A stretch of DNA of 63,881 nucleotides, filler included, from Octopus bimaculoides (GCF_001194135.2; 7 parts of 7 records of this genome joined end to end with filler, not necessarily neighbours in it), one strand, 5' to 3'. Positions 37,987 to 50,230 are shown, counted from the whole stretch's first letter. Numbers and translations are program-made. The notes: generated by a model not told the origin, from the sequence alone.

Positions 37987-38313
37987 AGGCAGACAGGAAC
38001 CATTCCTTGCGCAGGTAAAAAGATGAAAGTTTGCCTGGTATGGTCATGCATCCTGCTACAACTCCCTGTCCAAAACTGTTCCTCAGGGCATAGTTGAGAG
38101 TGGAGGGGTGGGTGGTGTTGTGGCAAAGGAGAGGCAGACAGAGAAAATCCTGGTTTGGCAACATCAAGGACTGGACAGGTCATAACACAAGCCAGCCTGT
38201 TATTCAGGACGGAGAATGGTGACCCGAAGTGATGGCTGGTTCTGAAAACCATCTCGAGTGGCACTCCGACGACTGGTCGCATCAGTTAAGGGATGTTGAT
38301 GAGGATTGTGATG
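37987..38313 (+). mobile_element. RTE-clade LINE 3' fragment
   Basis: QEPFLAQVKR*KFAWYGH...NSLSKTVPQGIVE...GRQRKSWFGNIKDWTG; degenerate (GAT)n tail. Confidence 0.85.
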
Positions 38314-38399
38314 ACTCCAAATTGTAGTTGATTTCTTAAATAGTCTTTGGTGGTTTCTTTTCTGCCCTCTGAGGCCTCGGCAATCAGAGATCTGAAGTT

Positions 38400-39046
38400 T
38401 GTGTATCTTACCATATCTTCTCTACTTTCCCTTTCTGTTACTCTCTCTCCCTCTATTACACACCCTCTGTCACTCATTGTTTCTCTCTTTGCCTACCTCT
38501 GTTACTCTCTCTCTCTCTCTCTGTCACTGTTACTCTGTTGCTCTGTGTCACTCTGTTACTTTCTGTGTGTCACTCTTACTCTCTCTCCCTGTATCTCTTA
38601 CTCTCTCTCTCTCTCTCTCTTTGTCGCTCTTACTCTCTCTCTTTGTCGCTCTTACTCTCTCTCTCCCTGTCACTCTGTTACTCTCTCTCTGTGTATCTCT
38701 TACTCTCTCTCTCTGTATCTCTTACTCTCTCTCTCTGTATCTCTTACTCTCTCTCTCTGTATCTCTTACTCTCTCTCTCTCTGTATCTCTTACTCTGTCT
38801 CTGTATCTCTTACTCTCTCTCCTTGTCTCTCTCTCTCTCTCTCCTTGTCTCTCTCTCTCTCCTTGTCTCTCTCTCTCCCTGTATCTCTTACTCTCTCTCT
38901 TTCTGTCACTCTCTTACTCTCTCTCCCTGTCACTCCCTGTCTCTCTCTTTATCACACACTCTGTCATTGTTTCTCTGCCTATCTCTGTCTCTCTGTTACT
39001 CTCTCTCTGTCACTCTGTCACTCTCTCTCTCTCTCTCTCTCTCCCC
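38400..39046. repeat. CT-based minisatellite, units such as CTCTCTCTGTATCTCTTA
   Basis: About 650 bp, nearly all pyrimidine on the + strand; source of the Leu/Ser ORFs. Confidence 0.92.
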
Positions 39047-39689
39047 AGTGCAGAATATTGTCTTCTTTCTACAAAGGAAATTAATGCTTTATATAGAAAT
39101 TTGATGAGGCATAAACTGAAGAGAAGCTTGTTGTATGGTGTGTACCTGTGCAAGCATACACCATCTGTTGTGAGTCATGTTACACACCGTGAAATCCCTG
39201 TCTTTGGCTGGGCTGCAACTGGTAACATGTATCGACAATCTCTGTTCTGTTACCTCCATGTTTTTGATTTGCTCTGTACTTAAAATTCCCTTACTTGAAA
39301 ACTGGTAAAGGTTAGTAACAGGAAAAGCACCCAGTCATGAAGATTCTGCCTAGAGTACTAGCCCATCTAACCCATGCTAGCATGGAAAAACAGATGTTAA
39401 ACAGACATCAGTGTTGTTGTTTTCATTATGTTCTTACTCTTAATTTTGTTGCTGTTGTGGCTGTTAGTACTATATATATATATAATATATATATATATAT
39501 ATGATAATGACTTTTCCATATGTGCTTTGTGTGAAATAACTTGTTTTTTTTTTCCAATTCCATTGACAACAGTCACAGCTCTGGAATCCTTCAATTCTTT
39601 GTGTGTGTATCATTGAGCACTTAAGTTTTGCTTCAGTTTTCTGCAAATAAATTTTACTTATTTTTTTTATTTACAGTGTTAGATTATAA

Positions 39690-40037
39690 GTAAGATTTTT
39701 TATACCAACCACATGGTCCTGGGTTCAGTCCCACTGCGTGGCACCTTGGGCAAGTGTCTTCTACTATAGCCTCGGGTCGGCCAAAGCCTTGTGAGTGGAT
39801 TTCGTAGACGGAAACTGAAAGAAGCCCGTTGTATATATGTGTGTTGTTTGTTCCCCCAACATCGCTTGACAACCAATGCTGGTGTATTTACGTCCCCATA
39901 ACTTAGCGGTTCGGCAAAAGAAACCGATAGAATAAGTACTAGGCTTACAAAGAATAAGTCCTGGGGTCGATTTACTCGACTAAAGGTGGTGCTCCAGCAT
40001 GGCCACAGTCAAATGACTGAAACAAGTAAAAGAGAAA
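39690..40037 (+). mobile_element. SINE family B
   Basis: Both halves present with a short internal tract. Confidence 0.9.
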
Positions 40038-40249
40038 GAGAGAGAGAGATATATATAGGTCTCATGGCTATTTGATGGAGTTAAGATAAGACATAGACAA
40101 TGAAAATTGGCACAAGTATTGGTTAAATGTGTGTCACCCTGTGAAGGCAGCAGGGTAACTCACCTTGTGTCTTTGGAGATGTATGAAATGAGAAGTCCCT
40201 TACTTGAAAAACAGTTAATGGTTAGCAACAGGAAGAGCACATGCCTGTA

Positions 40250-40642
40250 TTATTTTTACTTGTTTCAGTCACTTGACTGCGGCCATGCTGGAGCACCACC
40301 TTAGAGGGTTTTAGTTGAAGAAATTGACCCTAGGACTTATTCTTTGTAAGCCTAGTACTTATTCTGTTGGTCTGTTTTGCCGAACTGCTAAGTTACTAGG
40401 GCATAAACACACCAGTATCAGATGTGAAGTGGTGGTGGTGGTGATGGTGCACAAACATGGACACACATACATACATACATATATACATATATATATATAT
40501 GATGGACTTCTTTCAGTTTCCATCTACCAAATCCACTCACAAGGCTTTGGTCAGCCCAAGGCTTTAGAAGACACTTGCTCAAGGTGCCACACAGTGGGAC
40601 TGAACCCGGAATCATGGGGTTGGGAAACAAGCTTCTTACCAC
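40250..40642 (-). mobile_element. SINE family B (inverted relative to 39690-40037)
   Basis: Reverse complement of family B. Confidence 0.88.
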
Positions 40643-40971
40643 ACAGCCATGTACATATCAATATATATCATCATCATCATCATCGTTTAACGTCCGCTTT
40701 CCATGNNNNNNNNNNTGTATGAAGTTAGTATGCTTCATGCAGTAGGTGGCCAGTAAAGAGAAGAAAAAGTGGACAGTATACGATAAGATAGGATAATTTA
40801 TTGGCATTGAGAATTATACACTTCTTCCCGTATTGAAGTTGCTAAGAAATTTGATAAGCTGATAGTTTCTATACAGCTCACTGTTAGCAACTAATGTTGC
40901 TAAAATTGCAAATAAAATTCTAAATTGAAAGAGTGAAGCAGGTAAAACATAAACTACATATGTTTTTACTT

Positions 40972-41113
40972 GATTGGCTTTTTTCAGCTTCCGTCTACCA
41001 AATTGATACAGCCAGGGCTATAGTAAGTACGAGTTGCTGAAGGCGCTGTGCGTAAGGACTGAACCCAAAGCAACGTGGTTGGAAGGCAACCCTCTTGCCT
41101 GTACATCTATGCT
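40972..41113 (-). mobile_element. SINE family B left half, diverged
   Basis: CAGCTTCCGTCTACCAAAT...GGACTGAACCC. Confidence 0.65.
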
Positions 41114-41117
41114 TGCA

Positions 41118-41158
<41 letters not shown>

Positions 41159-41409
41159 ACTTGTGGTATGAGAAAACGAATTTAGTGCACTCTGTGAAAG
41201 ATATCCAGCTGTTGGTTCCTTGCCAAACGGTGGAGTAGATGATGAGTATAACATGGATTTTGTTAGTTACATCACAAGCAGCTTATCTATAAGGGCAGTA
41301 TCTTTGAACNNNNNNNNNNNNNNNNNNNNNNNNNNNNNNNNNNNNNNNNNNNNTTAATTAATTAANNNNNNNNNNNNNNNNNNNNNNNNNNNNNNNNNNN
41401 NNNNNNNNN

Positions 41410-41447
<38 letters not shown>

Positions 41448-42059
41448 TGTATGTATGTATGTATGTATCCACACACACACACTCTTTGTAAAGTGTTGAG
41501 GTTAGGGTGTTATGAAGGGCATCTAAGAATAGAAACCATGTCAAAAATTAAAATGTACAATTGAGATTTGCTCTGTGATCCACTTATGAGGGCAGTAACA
41601 CCAAGTAAGGGCTTGATGTTACTGACTCAACCAGATAACCAGTGTGCAAGCATGAAAAAGTGAACGTAGATGATGATGATGATGATATAAAATTGTGTAT
41701 GCATACATAAGAGAAAGAAAAAACAAAGAGCTATTCTCAATTCCACTACAACAGTCATAATAGGTTTCGTCTTTATGTCATGTGTAATTACTTTAATATT
41801 CCTGTTAAACCACTATGCATCAGTGACCTTGCTTTCGAGATCAACTGGTACAACTGGTCCGAATTTAGACAACCATCATCAACATATAATAACACTAATA
41901 TACATTATAATCACTGATTATTTATAAATGAACAGGAAACAATAAGGTAAATAGTCTTAAGATTTGCATTGAACAAGAAAGTTACTTTAAGACGTACATT
42001 GACATCATAACCAACACAAAAATATTAAACTTTGTATTAAAACAATAGACTGTAAAGTG

Positions 42060-42320
42060 CCCCTGGACTGGCTCTTGTGCGGGTGGCACATAAAATACAC
42101 CCTTTTGAACGTGGCCGTTGCCAGTACCGCCTGACTGGCCTTCGTGCCGGTGGCACGTAAAAGCACCCACTACACTCTCTGAGTGGTTGGCGTTAGGAAG
42201 GGCACCCAGCTGTAGAAACTCTGCCAAATCAGATTAGAGCCTGGTGTAGCCATCTGGTTTCACCAGTCCTCAGTCAAATCGTCTAACCCATGCTAGCATG
42301 GAAAGCGGACGTTAAACGAC

Positions 42321-42357
<37 letters not shown>
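42060..42357 (+). mobile_element. Short retroposon family E with long (GAT)n tail
   Basis: Matches 36836-37078; internal duplication of the GACTGGC...GGTGGCAC.TAAAA.CACCC motif. Confidence 0.82.
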
Positions 42358-42419
42358 TAAATATGTTGCTCTTCTGTCAATGTGTTTGTTTGTAGACAGA
42401 GGTACAACTGTTATAAGTA

Positions 42420-42945
42420 TGGAGATAGCTATGTGGCTAAGGAGTTTGCTTTGCAACTGCATGGTCCCAGGTTCAATCCCACTGTTTGGTGCTTAGGGGC
42501 AAATGCATTCTGCTATAGCTCTAAGTTATGAAGCTGCATAGCTCAGTGGTTAAAGCATTGGGCTCACAATCATGAAATAGTGAGTTCGATTCCCAGGCCA
42601 TGCTGTGTGTTGTGTTCTTGAGCAAGACACTTTATTTCAAGTTGTTCCAGTTCACTCAGCCGTAGAAATGAGCTTGTCACTGGTGCCAAGCTGTATCGGC
42701 CTTTGCTTTTCCCTTGGATAACATCAGTGATGTGGAGAGGAGAGGCTGGTATGCATGGGTGACTGCTGGTCTTCCATAAACAACTTTTGCCTGGACTTGT
42801 ACCTCAGAGGGGAACTTTCTGGGTGCAATCCCATGGTCATTCATGACTGAAGGGGTGGGGGGCTTCCCTTTCTCTCTATAGCCCTAAGCTTTGTGAGTGG
42901 AAACTGAAAGAGACCTTTCATATACATGTGTGTGAATGTGTCTTC
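42420..42945 (+). mobile_element. Old SINE B interrupted by SINE D (42531-42862)
   Basis: TSD CTATAGCTCTAAG (42513-42525) / CTATAGCCCTAAG (42876-42888); B sequence resumes at CTTTGTGAGTGGAAACTGAAAG. Confidence 0.8.
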
Positions 42946-42957
42946 ATGTCTCCTATT

Positions 42958-43105
42958 GAAGGTGCATGGCTTAATGGTTAAAGTAATCAGCTCACAATCA
43001 TAAGGTTATGAGTTCAATTCCTGGTAGCATGTTGTATTCTTAAGCAAAACACTTTATTTCACGTTGCTCCAGTTCATTCAAATGGGAAAATGAGTAGTAC
43101 CTGTA
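42958..43105 (+). mobile_element. SINE family D-type head and core, truncated
   Basis: GCATGGCTTAATGGTTAAAG...GAGTTCAATTCC...AAGCAAAACACTTTATTTCACG. Confidence 0.7.
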
Positions 43106-43463
43106 CAAAAACTTCGTTTTAGAGGCATCTCTAACTTGTTCATTCTTTGATTGAAATTGACAAAGCGATAACAATGTGTAAAATTGATACAACGGTAAAC
43201 GCGATAAATGACTAATAAGCTATAAAGTTTTAGAATTATTGCAAACTAGAGCTTACGCATAAAGTTCTGAAGGTCTCCACCCCAAATATTGCCAAAATTT
43301 ATTTAGGACCTACAAGTAAGTTTGTGTGTGTGTGTAAGTGTGTGTTTGTTGTCTCCGTATGTGTGTAATTATTTTGTTGTCAGTTAAAAGAATATCTACC
43401 AGTGTGAAGTTTGTAAACGAAGTCCTTAGCTGCAAGAAACCGAGTAACTGATGTGTGAACCAG

Positions 43464-43507
<44 letters not shown>

Positions 43508-44019
43508 GAAAGCCGAAAGATGAATGGTGATAGTTGCTATCCAATAGTTTTTTTGTTTTTTTTTNNNNNNNNNNNNNNNNNNNNNNNNNNNNNNNNNNNN
43601 NNNNNNNNNNNNNNNNNNNNNNNNNNNNNNNNNNNNNNNNNNNNNNNNNNNNNNNNNNNNNNNNNNNNNNNNNNNNNNNNNNNNNNNNNNNNNNNNNNNN
43701 NNNNNNNNNNNNNNNNNNNNNNNNNNNNNNNNNNNNNNNNNNNNNNNNNNNNNNNNNNNNNNNNNNNNNNNNNNNNNNNNNNNNNNNNNNNNNNNNNNNN
43801 NNNNNNNNNNNNNNNNNNNNNNNNNNNNNNNNNNNNNNNNNNNNNNNNNNNNNNNNNNNNNNNNNNNNNNNNNNNNNNNNNNNNNNNNNNNNNNNNNNNN
43901 NNNNNNNNNNNNNNNNNNNNNNNNNNNNNNNNNNNNNNNNNNNNNNNNNNNNNNNNNNNNNNNNNNNNNNNNNNNNNNNNNNNNNNNNNNNNNNATATAT
44001 ATATATATATATACACACA

Positions 44020-44225
44020 TATACGTCGAGTTAGAATAGAGGCAGCTGATGAAGGAATAATTCCAAGTGCCTATCTGTTTTCCTATGTGTTCGTTCCGTT
44101 GTCTGTAGTTCATTGTTCTAACGTCCTGTACCCTGATATGCATCTATATACACATGTAGATGTAAGTGTGTACATATATGTGTGTATACATGCATATATA
44201 TTCTTTGTATTATATATATATTAAT
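44020..44225 (-). repeat. Dispersed repeat family F fragment
   Basis: Homologous to 29555-29700 and, inverted, to 34900-35125. Confidence 0.7.
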
Positions 44226-44589
44226 AGTAATAGTATGACAACAAAAGAAAGAATGAGAGCTCGATATTATATAGAGGAATTTATCTGTAATATAACATGT
44301 CACATATGAAATATAATTATCGCATATATTACAGACAGACATATAGATAGATATGATGTGTGAATGATCCGTGTATCTATATATGTAAAGAGTTAAAAAG
44401 TTTAGATCAAAGTCGTGCTAATTATTTACCTGACGTCTTCTGATTCATATCGATAATAGCACAATCATTCCAGCTTGAATCAGTTTTGATTAGAGTTTGG
44501 TTAGATTCAAGCAAAACTAAATTGTTTACATCGCCATTTTGAAAACTGGAACTCTTCTCTCTTTCCTCCCCCTACCACTTTTACTTACT

Positions 44590-44722
44590 GTGTCGCTTGC
44601 CTTTTCACTCACTCATTATCATTATCTTTCCTTTACTCTCTTTCACTCACTCCCCGTGAAACTCGCCTTTTCACTCACTCATTATCATTATCTTTCCTTT
44701 ACTCTCTTTCACTCACTCCCGT
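44590..44722. repeat. Tandem duplication of a ~57-bp pyrimidine-rich unit
   Basis: CGCCTTTTCACTCACTCATTATCATTATCTTTCCTTTACTCTCTTTCACTCACTCCC occurs twice. Confidence 0.85.
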
Positions 44723-45353
44723 TTCCCTCTTTCCTTTTCTTTCTCCCCTACCTCTCTCTCTCTCTAAATACTTTTTTATTGTCTTGTTTTTCTCATCCTT
44801 CCTATTTTCCTTTTGTCTTCTTCTAAACCTGCACCTCGTTCCCCTTTTCCTCCTCTGTCTCTCTTTCTCTCTCACTTTTTCCTTTCACACTTTACTTTGC
44901 ACTTCTACCAAGGGAAGTAACTCTATGAAATTCCCAATGTTGACCTCCTAAAACTTTCTCGAGTTTATTTTTCTGTCATTAATATTCCTAGATTCTGACA
45001 TATTTACAACACCCGTAAATTAAAGATAAGATTGTGTACAGTAAAGAGGATATGTTTCGCATTTCGAGATTGGGCGTTTTTCAAAAGAGAGATAAAAAAA
45101 ACAAAACAAACAAACATTAAAAGAGACTTACTTTTAAAAAACATGTTTAGAAGAAGGATCTTACATGAAACATCAGAACCCCTTCAACGCACACTGTAAC
45201 CTCACAAATTTTATCAATTGCCCTTTTCATTTCTTGTTGTCGTAGAATCTCATTAAGATAGTGTCTGACAATGTTGCTGCACAGAAAAGTTTATGTTTAA
45301 ATTAACGTAAGAGTGTGAAGACGCTAACGGTTTGGATCCTTGCTCTTCGTCAT

Positions 45354-45396
<43 letters not shown>

Positions 45397-45935
45397 CTAA
45401 CTTTAGTTGGAAGGATGTTTTCATATCAAAAGCAACCAAACATGTCAGAGACCATACATTATTTACAGATATTTATGATATCAATCTGAACATTAAAATA
45501 ATGGACAGTTGGACGGCAGTTCTCTTTCTCCTCATCGGTCTGTCTCTCTTTTTCTCTCTGCACATATGGATGCATATAAGCATGCACCCCCCCCCACACA
45601 CACACACACACTGACACATACATGCATACATGCCTGTTTCCATCATGGATGTTTAGTTTATTGGATCAACTCAACAACTGAACTATTTACTCCTTAAATG
45701 ATCATGTATACCACAGACATGTATACACTTAACGTAATTCTTAAGCATGAAACCGTATAAGACAAGGCTAAACCTTTGAGCGACGACTGTTATTCACCTG
45801 ACACCATTCTATGTCTGCTATTTCTTCCACAAACTGGGCTCCAAAATCCTTATATTATAAAGGGTGATAATGTAACTATTTTGCGAAATTTTTAAAGAGT
45901 TATTTCCCTTGATGGTTTCACGCTTCTCTGTATAT

Positions 45936-46139
45936 TCTTTTCAACTCTAGGCACGAGGCCCGAAATTTGTGGGGAGGGGACCAGTCGATTAGATCGTCCC
46001 CAGTACTTAATTTATCGACCCCGAAAGGATGAAAGGTGAAGTCGACCTCGGCGGAATATGAACTCAGACCGTTGCGACGAGAGAAATACTGCTAAGCGTT
46101 TCGTCCAGCGTCCTACCGATTCTGCCAGTTCGCCGCCTT
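45936..46139 (-). mobile_element. SINE family C (tail variant a)
   Basis: Head CTGCCAGTTCGCCGCCTT; tail CAACTCTAGGCACGAGGCCCGAAATT. Confidence 0.88.
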
Positions 46140-46344
46140 TATGTTTTACTGTATATTGGTAAATAAATGGTTGAGCAACTGATTTACGGTAGTTAAATGC
46201 AAGCCTCATGATTAGAGAACCATAATTAACTTAGAATTTTAATTTTATTTTATGCAGGGTTCTTGTCTGCTTGGTCGCCAATTTTCAGTCTCTTCAATTT
46301 CGGTGCGAACTAATTTCGTATTCAGTGGAATGTTATACTTTTAT

Positions 46345-47036
46345 AGGATCTATTTTAAAACNNNNNNNNNNNNNNNNNNNNNNNNNNNNNNNNNNNNNNN
46401 NNNNNNNNNNNNNNNNNNNNNNNNNNNNNNNNNNNNNNNNNNNNNNNNNNNNNNNNNNNNNNNNNNNNNNNNNNNNNNNNNNNNNNNNNNNNNNNNNNNN
46501 NNNNNNNNNNNNNNNNNNNNNNNNNNNNNNNNNNNNNNNNNNNNNNNNNNNNNNNNNNNNNNNNNNNNNNNNNNNNNNNNNNNNNNNNNNNNNNNNNNNN
46601 NNNNNNNNNNNNNNNNNNNNNNNNNNNNNNNNNNNNNNNNNNNNNNNNNNNNNNNNNNNNNNNNNNNNNNNNNNNNNNNNNNNNNNNNGCAAATTTAAAA
46701 AGAAAAAAGCAAATAAAACGAAGAAAAAAAAAGAAAATGAAAAAAGCAAATTTAAAATGAAAAAAGCAAATAAAACGAAGCTATGGAGATTAAATACGCT
46801 TTACACCGCTTAATCAGCCAAAGGAGTAAATGTAAACAACTGAATACTTGTCAGTGATTGGTTGAAATTATCGAAATAAGACAATTTTTTTACATGAAAT
46901 AAATTCGAATACAAAAATATTTTTCTGTTCTATAACACAAAATAGATAAGTATACGAAGTTTGAAAGTCTTTCGGTACCATAAACACTACGTCAAACATT
47001 AATGAAAAATGTGGCCCCCGTTTTAAAAAAGATCCC
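46345..47036 (+). mobile_element. TIR MITE, copy 1, 6-bp TSD TTTTAT
   Basis: Left AGGATCTATTTTAAAAC (then gap); right ...GGCCCCCGTTTTAAAAAAGATCCC; about 290 bp near-identical to 51195-51484. Confidence 0.85.
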
Positions 47037-47289
47037 TTTTATATTCTAATCAATGCCATAAATCAATAAATATTAGCTATTAAAGTTTGAAAATTTGGGA
47101 TAATTTTAGCCAATCGTAAGCCACACATACATTCATGCATGTTTCTATAGTAACATGTCAAACATGAGAACTCTTTTGTCTGTGAGAAATCACGTGTTGA
47201 CAAATATGTTTCAGTCATTGAGGTGGTTGTCATATGTGCTAAAAATAGCAGCCAAATAAGCCTTAAATCACGCACCAGAGGAGGATGCG

Positions 47290-47996
47290 TTTTCGTACTT
47301 GCAAGATAATTATGAAAAACGAAGAAGCATACGAGAACAAGAAAATGTGGTGGAATCTGTGTCAGTGAAGAAAGACATAGTTTGAAGGTGTCACCTTTCC
47401 TCTTAAGACTGTAGTGCTTTTCCTTTACTCATGAGTTAAGGAATTGACTTCAGTCCAGTTTTGTGTTGAAGAACTGGAGATGAGCTGGTTTTCTTTCTCC
47501 GTCTTCCCTTCTTTGGACTTTTCCTATATATTTCTGATGAAGAGCTCCGCTCGAAACGTTTAAATCCTCTTCCTTTTCTTTCCTTTCCTGAGCGTCCAAT
47601 AACACTGTACTTATTCCACGTCCTCGCATTGTTGTTTTTTTCTTGCTTGTTCATGTTTGTATTGATTATAACAGCTTTGTTATGGAATTATGTGCGGAGG
47701 ACCTGCTCCGTCATCCAGTTAAGGTTGGTGGTCCTGGGAAAATTGTTGAGATCGACGAAACAGTCTTTTCAAGACGTAAGTATAACCGAGGAAGGGTCCT
47801 ATCTGAGCTGTGGGTTTTCAGAGAAGTGTGTCATGAGACCAGACAAGTTTCTCTGCATGCGGTGCCATGTCAGAATCGTGACACGCTGGAGGAATGCATA
47901 CGTCACTCCATTCTTCCAGGAACCACAATTTTCAGCGAATTGCGGAGGGTGTACTCTCATATTCCTGAAATTGATAGTTACAAAGGTAATAAATGA
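47290..47996 (+). pseudogene. Merlin/IS1595-like (ISXO2) transposase pseudogene
   Basis: PLKTVVLFLYS*VKELTSVQFCVEELEMS, [insert], IDYNSFVMELCAEDLLRHPVKVGGPGKIVEIDETVFSRRKYNRGR...WVF...ILPGTTIFSE. Confidence 0.85.
47490..47659 (+). mobile_element. Penelope-like terminal fragment with hammerhead motif, inserted in the Merlin ORF
   Basis: AUUU-CUGAUGA-A-GAGC(UCC)GCUC-GAAA-CGU-UU-AAAU at 47530-47565; the transposase reading frame continues on both sides. Confidence 0.65.
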
Positions 47997-48904
47997 AGCT
48001 GTGGAACTTAATTTGTAATGTACTATTTTGTTTTTGGATAAATCTTAAATTTGTGCTATAAGTTTCCTATTTTGAGAAATATTTAATTTGTAATGTGCTG
48101 TTTATCGCATTAAATGCATATTGAATACTTAAAACTACAAAATATGTGTTATTTACTCTCTTTTTTTTGTCACTGAGGTGTGCTAAATATAACAGCTAAA
48201 TAGCCTTAAATCACGCACCCCCACGATTTTTTTTAGTGTGTGTGTGTGGTGGGGTATAATCGTATGAATTCCCGCGTGTAGAACACAAATTCGCAAAAAT
48301 TTTCTGAAAATTCCAAAAAATAAATAAGTTACGAGGAGTTGTATGTCGTGCATGATGTTGACAAAATGTAGTCAGGCCCAAAATGACAGCTTCCAAATCC
48401 TTTTTCGTGGCTGAGTGAAGAATATCAAACTTTAAACGTCTATAACTTGATTTTTTAAAAAAATTCTGGAAAAAGTGAAATATCTCCAGCAATTCAGCTT
48501 AGAAAACTACATCAATGTACCAAATTTTAAAATTTTCAATAAACTTGATGTTTGAAATCTTAGCAGCCAAATAGAAAAGATCCTTATTCAGTTCTGCCGT
48601 TGTTGTTGTTGTTCAATACTTGATTGAATGTACTTCTAAATAAAATCAGTCCAGCTGAAACAACCCTATTTATTTTTTCAGTCATGGTGTAACTAGGTGT
48701 ACATATCTAACGTGTTACCCATCTGTTTCAGGAGATTTGTGGGAGGTTTTGGCTGCTATTTCCAGATGATCGAGGGACAATATGGAGGGTTGGTTGTTGA
48801 CGCGTTTGTACAGTGTTTACTTGGAAATAGGATGAGAGAAGTTTATAAAGAAACTGTTAAACAATAGACCGCTGTGGACATTCAGAAACGGTGAAGCGCT
48901 ATGT

Positions 48905-49270
48905 TATGCTTACTTTTTTTGCTTCATGCTCCTGCCTGATGGGGCTGGCGTCATCTCAGGTTAGTGGCTCCAGAGACGTCATCATGCGTAGAGCTGACCA
49001 GGTCCACCAGTGTCCTCCATCTTCTAAAGTGACGTTGAACGAACCTCTGGAGATTTTCCTTGATCACGTCCAGCCATCTGATGCGAGGGCCTGCCACGAG
49101 GCTTCACCCAGCCCGCATCTACAAAGCATCGATCCTTTCCATTCTCCTCTATGGAGTAGAAACGTAGCCCCTCTCGAAGACTCAGGCAAAGGGGATCGAC
49201 AGCTTCTTTAGCAGAGTCTTGAGAACCACCGAACATCAGATGGCACCGTCACGTTTCCAACAACTAACTG
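48905..49270 (-). mobile_element. RTE LINE fragment with inverted 5' segment
   Basis: Minus 49115-48905: GWVKPRGRP...IRWLDVIKENL...WRTLVDLV; plus 49114-49270: RIYKASILSILLYGVET*PLSK...DSFFSRVLR..IRWHRHVSN. Confidence 0.82.
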
Positions 49271-49571
49271 CTTTATATTATAACCTAACAGTATTGTACG
49301 TCGCCAAAAGGTGGTGAGCTGGCAGAATCGTCGTGCTAACGATTCTGCTAGCTCACCACCTTTTGGTAACGTACAATACTCACTCTCTCCAATTCGTATT
49401 CGGAAAACGACTTTCAGGCCGGATTCCAAAAAGTGGCAGGAAGGCTGGGCCCGGTGTATTTCTGTACAAGGTGACTATTTCGAAGGAGATGATGTTAAAA
49501 CTTAGGTAAATAAGTTTTTGTTTTTTTAAACATAACCAGTCTAGGAACTCTTTGATACCACCTCGTATATA

Positions 49572-49735
49572 TGCATTTACGACGGGCTTCTTCCAGTTTC
49601 CGTCGAACAAATCTGCTCAGAATGCTTTGTTCGGCCTGAGGCCTTAGTAGAAGACACTTGCCAAATATATCATGCAGTGGGACTGAACCCAGAACCACGT
49701 GGTTGTGAGGCAAGCTTCTTACCACACAACCACTC

Positions 49736-49738
<3 letters not shown>
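49572..49738 (-). mobile_element. SINE family B left half
   Basis: GACGGGCTTCTTCCAGTTTCCGTC...GCTTCTTACCACACAACCACTCC. Confidence 0.82.
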
Positions 49739-49783
<45 letters not shown>

Positions 49784-49797
49784 ATGTGTGTGTATGC

Positions 49798-49858
<61 letters not shown>

Positions 49859-50230
49859 ATATATATATATATTATGTATGTATGTATGTATGTATGTATA
49901 TATATATATGTGTGTGTATAGTATGTATACATACATTCCTATATATATATACATACATACACACTCACACATATATATAGTTATATGTGTGAGTGTATGT
50001 AAATTTGTATGTGCATGTATATTTACACACATACGCACATAGATAAATATACATATATATTATACACATATATTCATGCATTATGATATTTACATTGCAA
50101 AGTTGTGTTTCGGCGTACGTGTACGCTATGTGAGTGTGTATGTGTGTGCATTTTTGTAACATAATGTTGAATGTGTATGTTTAAATATTTGTACAGATGT
50201 GTCAGTACGTGTACGCATGTATGTGTATAT
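49739..50230. repeat. Compound (TATC)n/(TA)n/(TATG)n and degenerate RY tract
   Basis: Visible directly. Confidence 0.92.
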
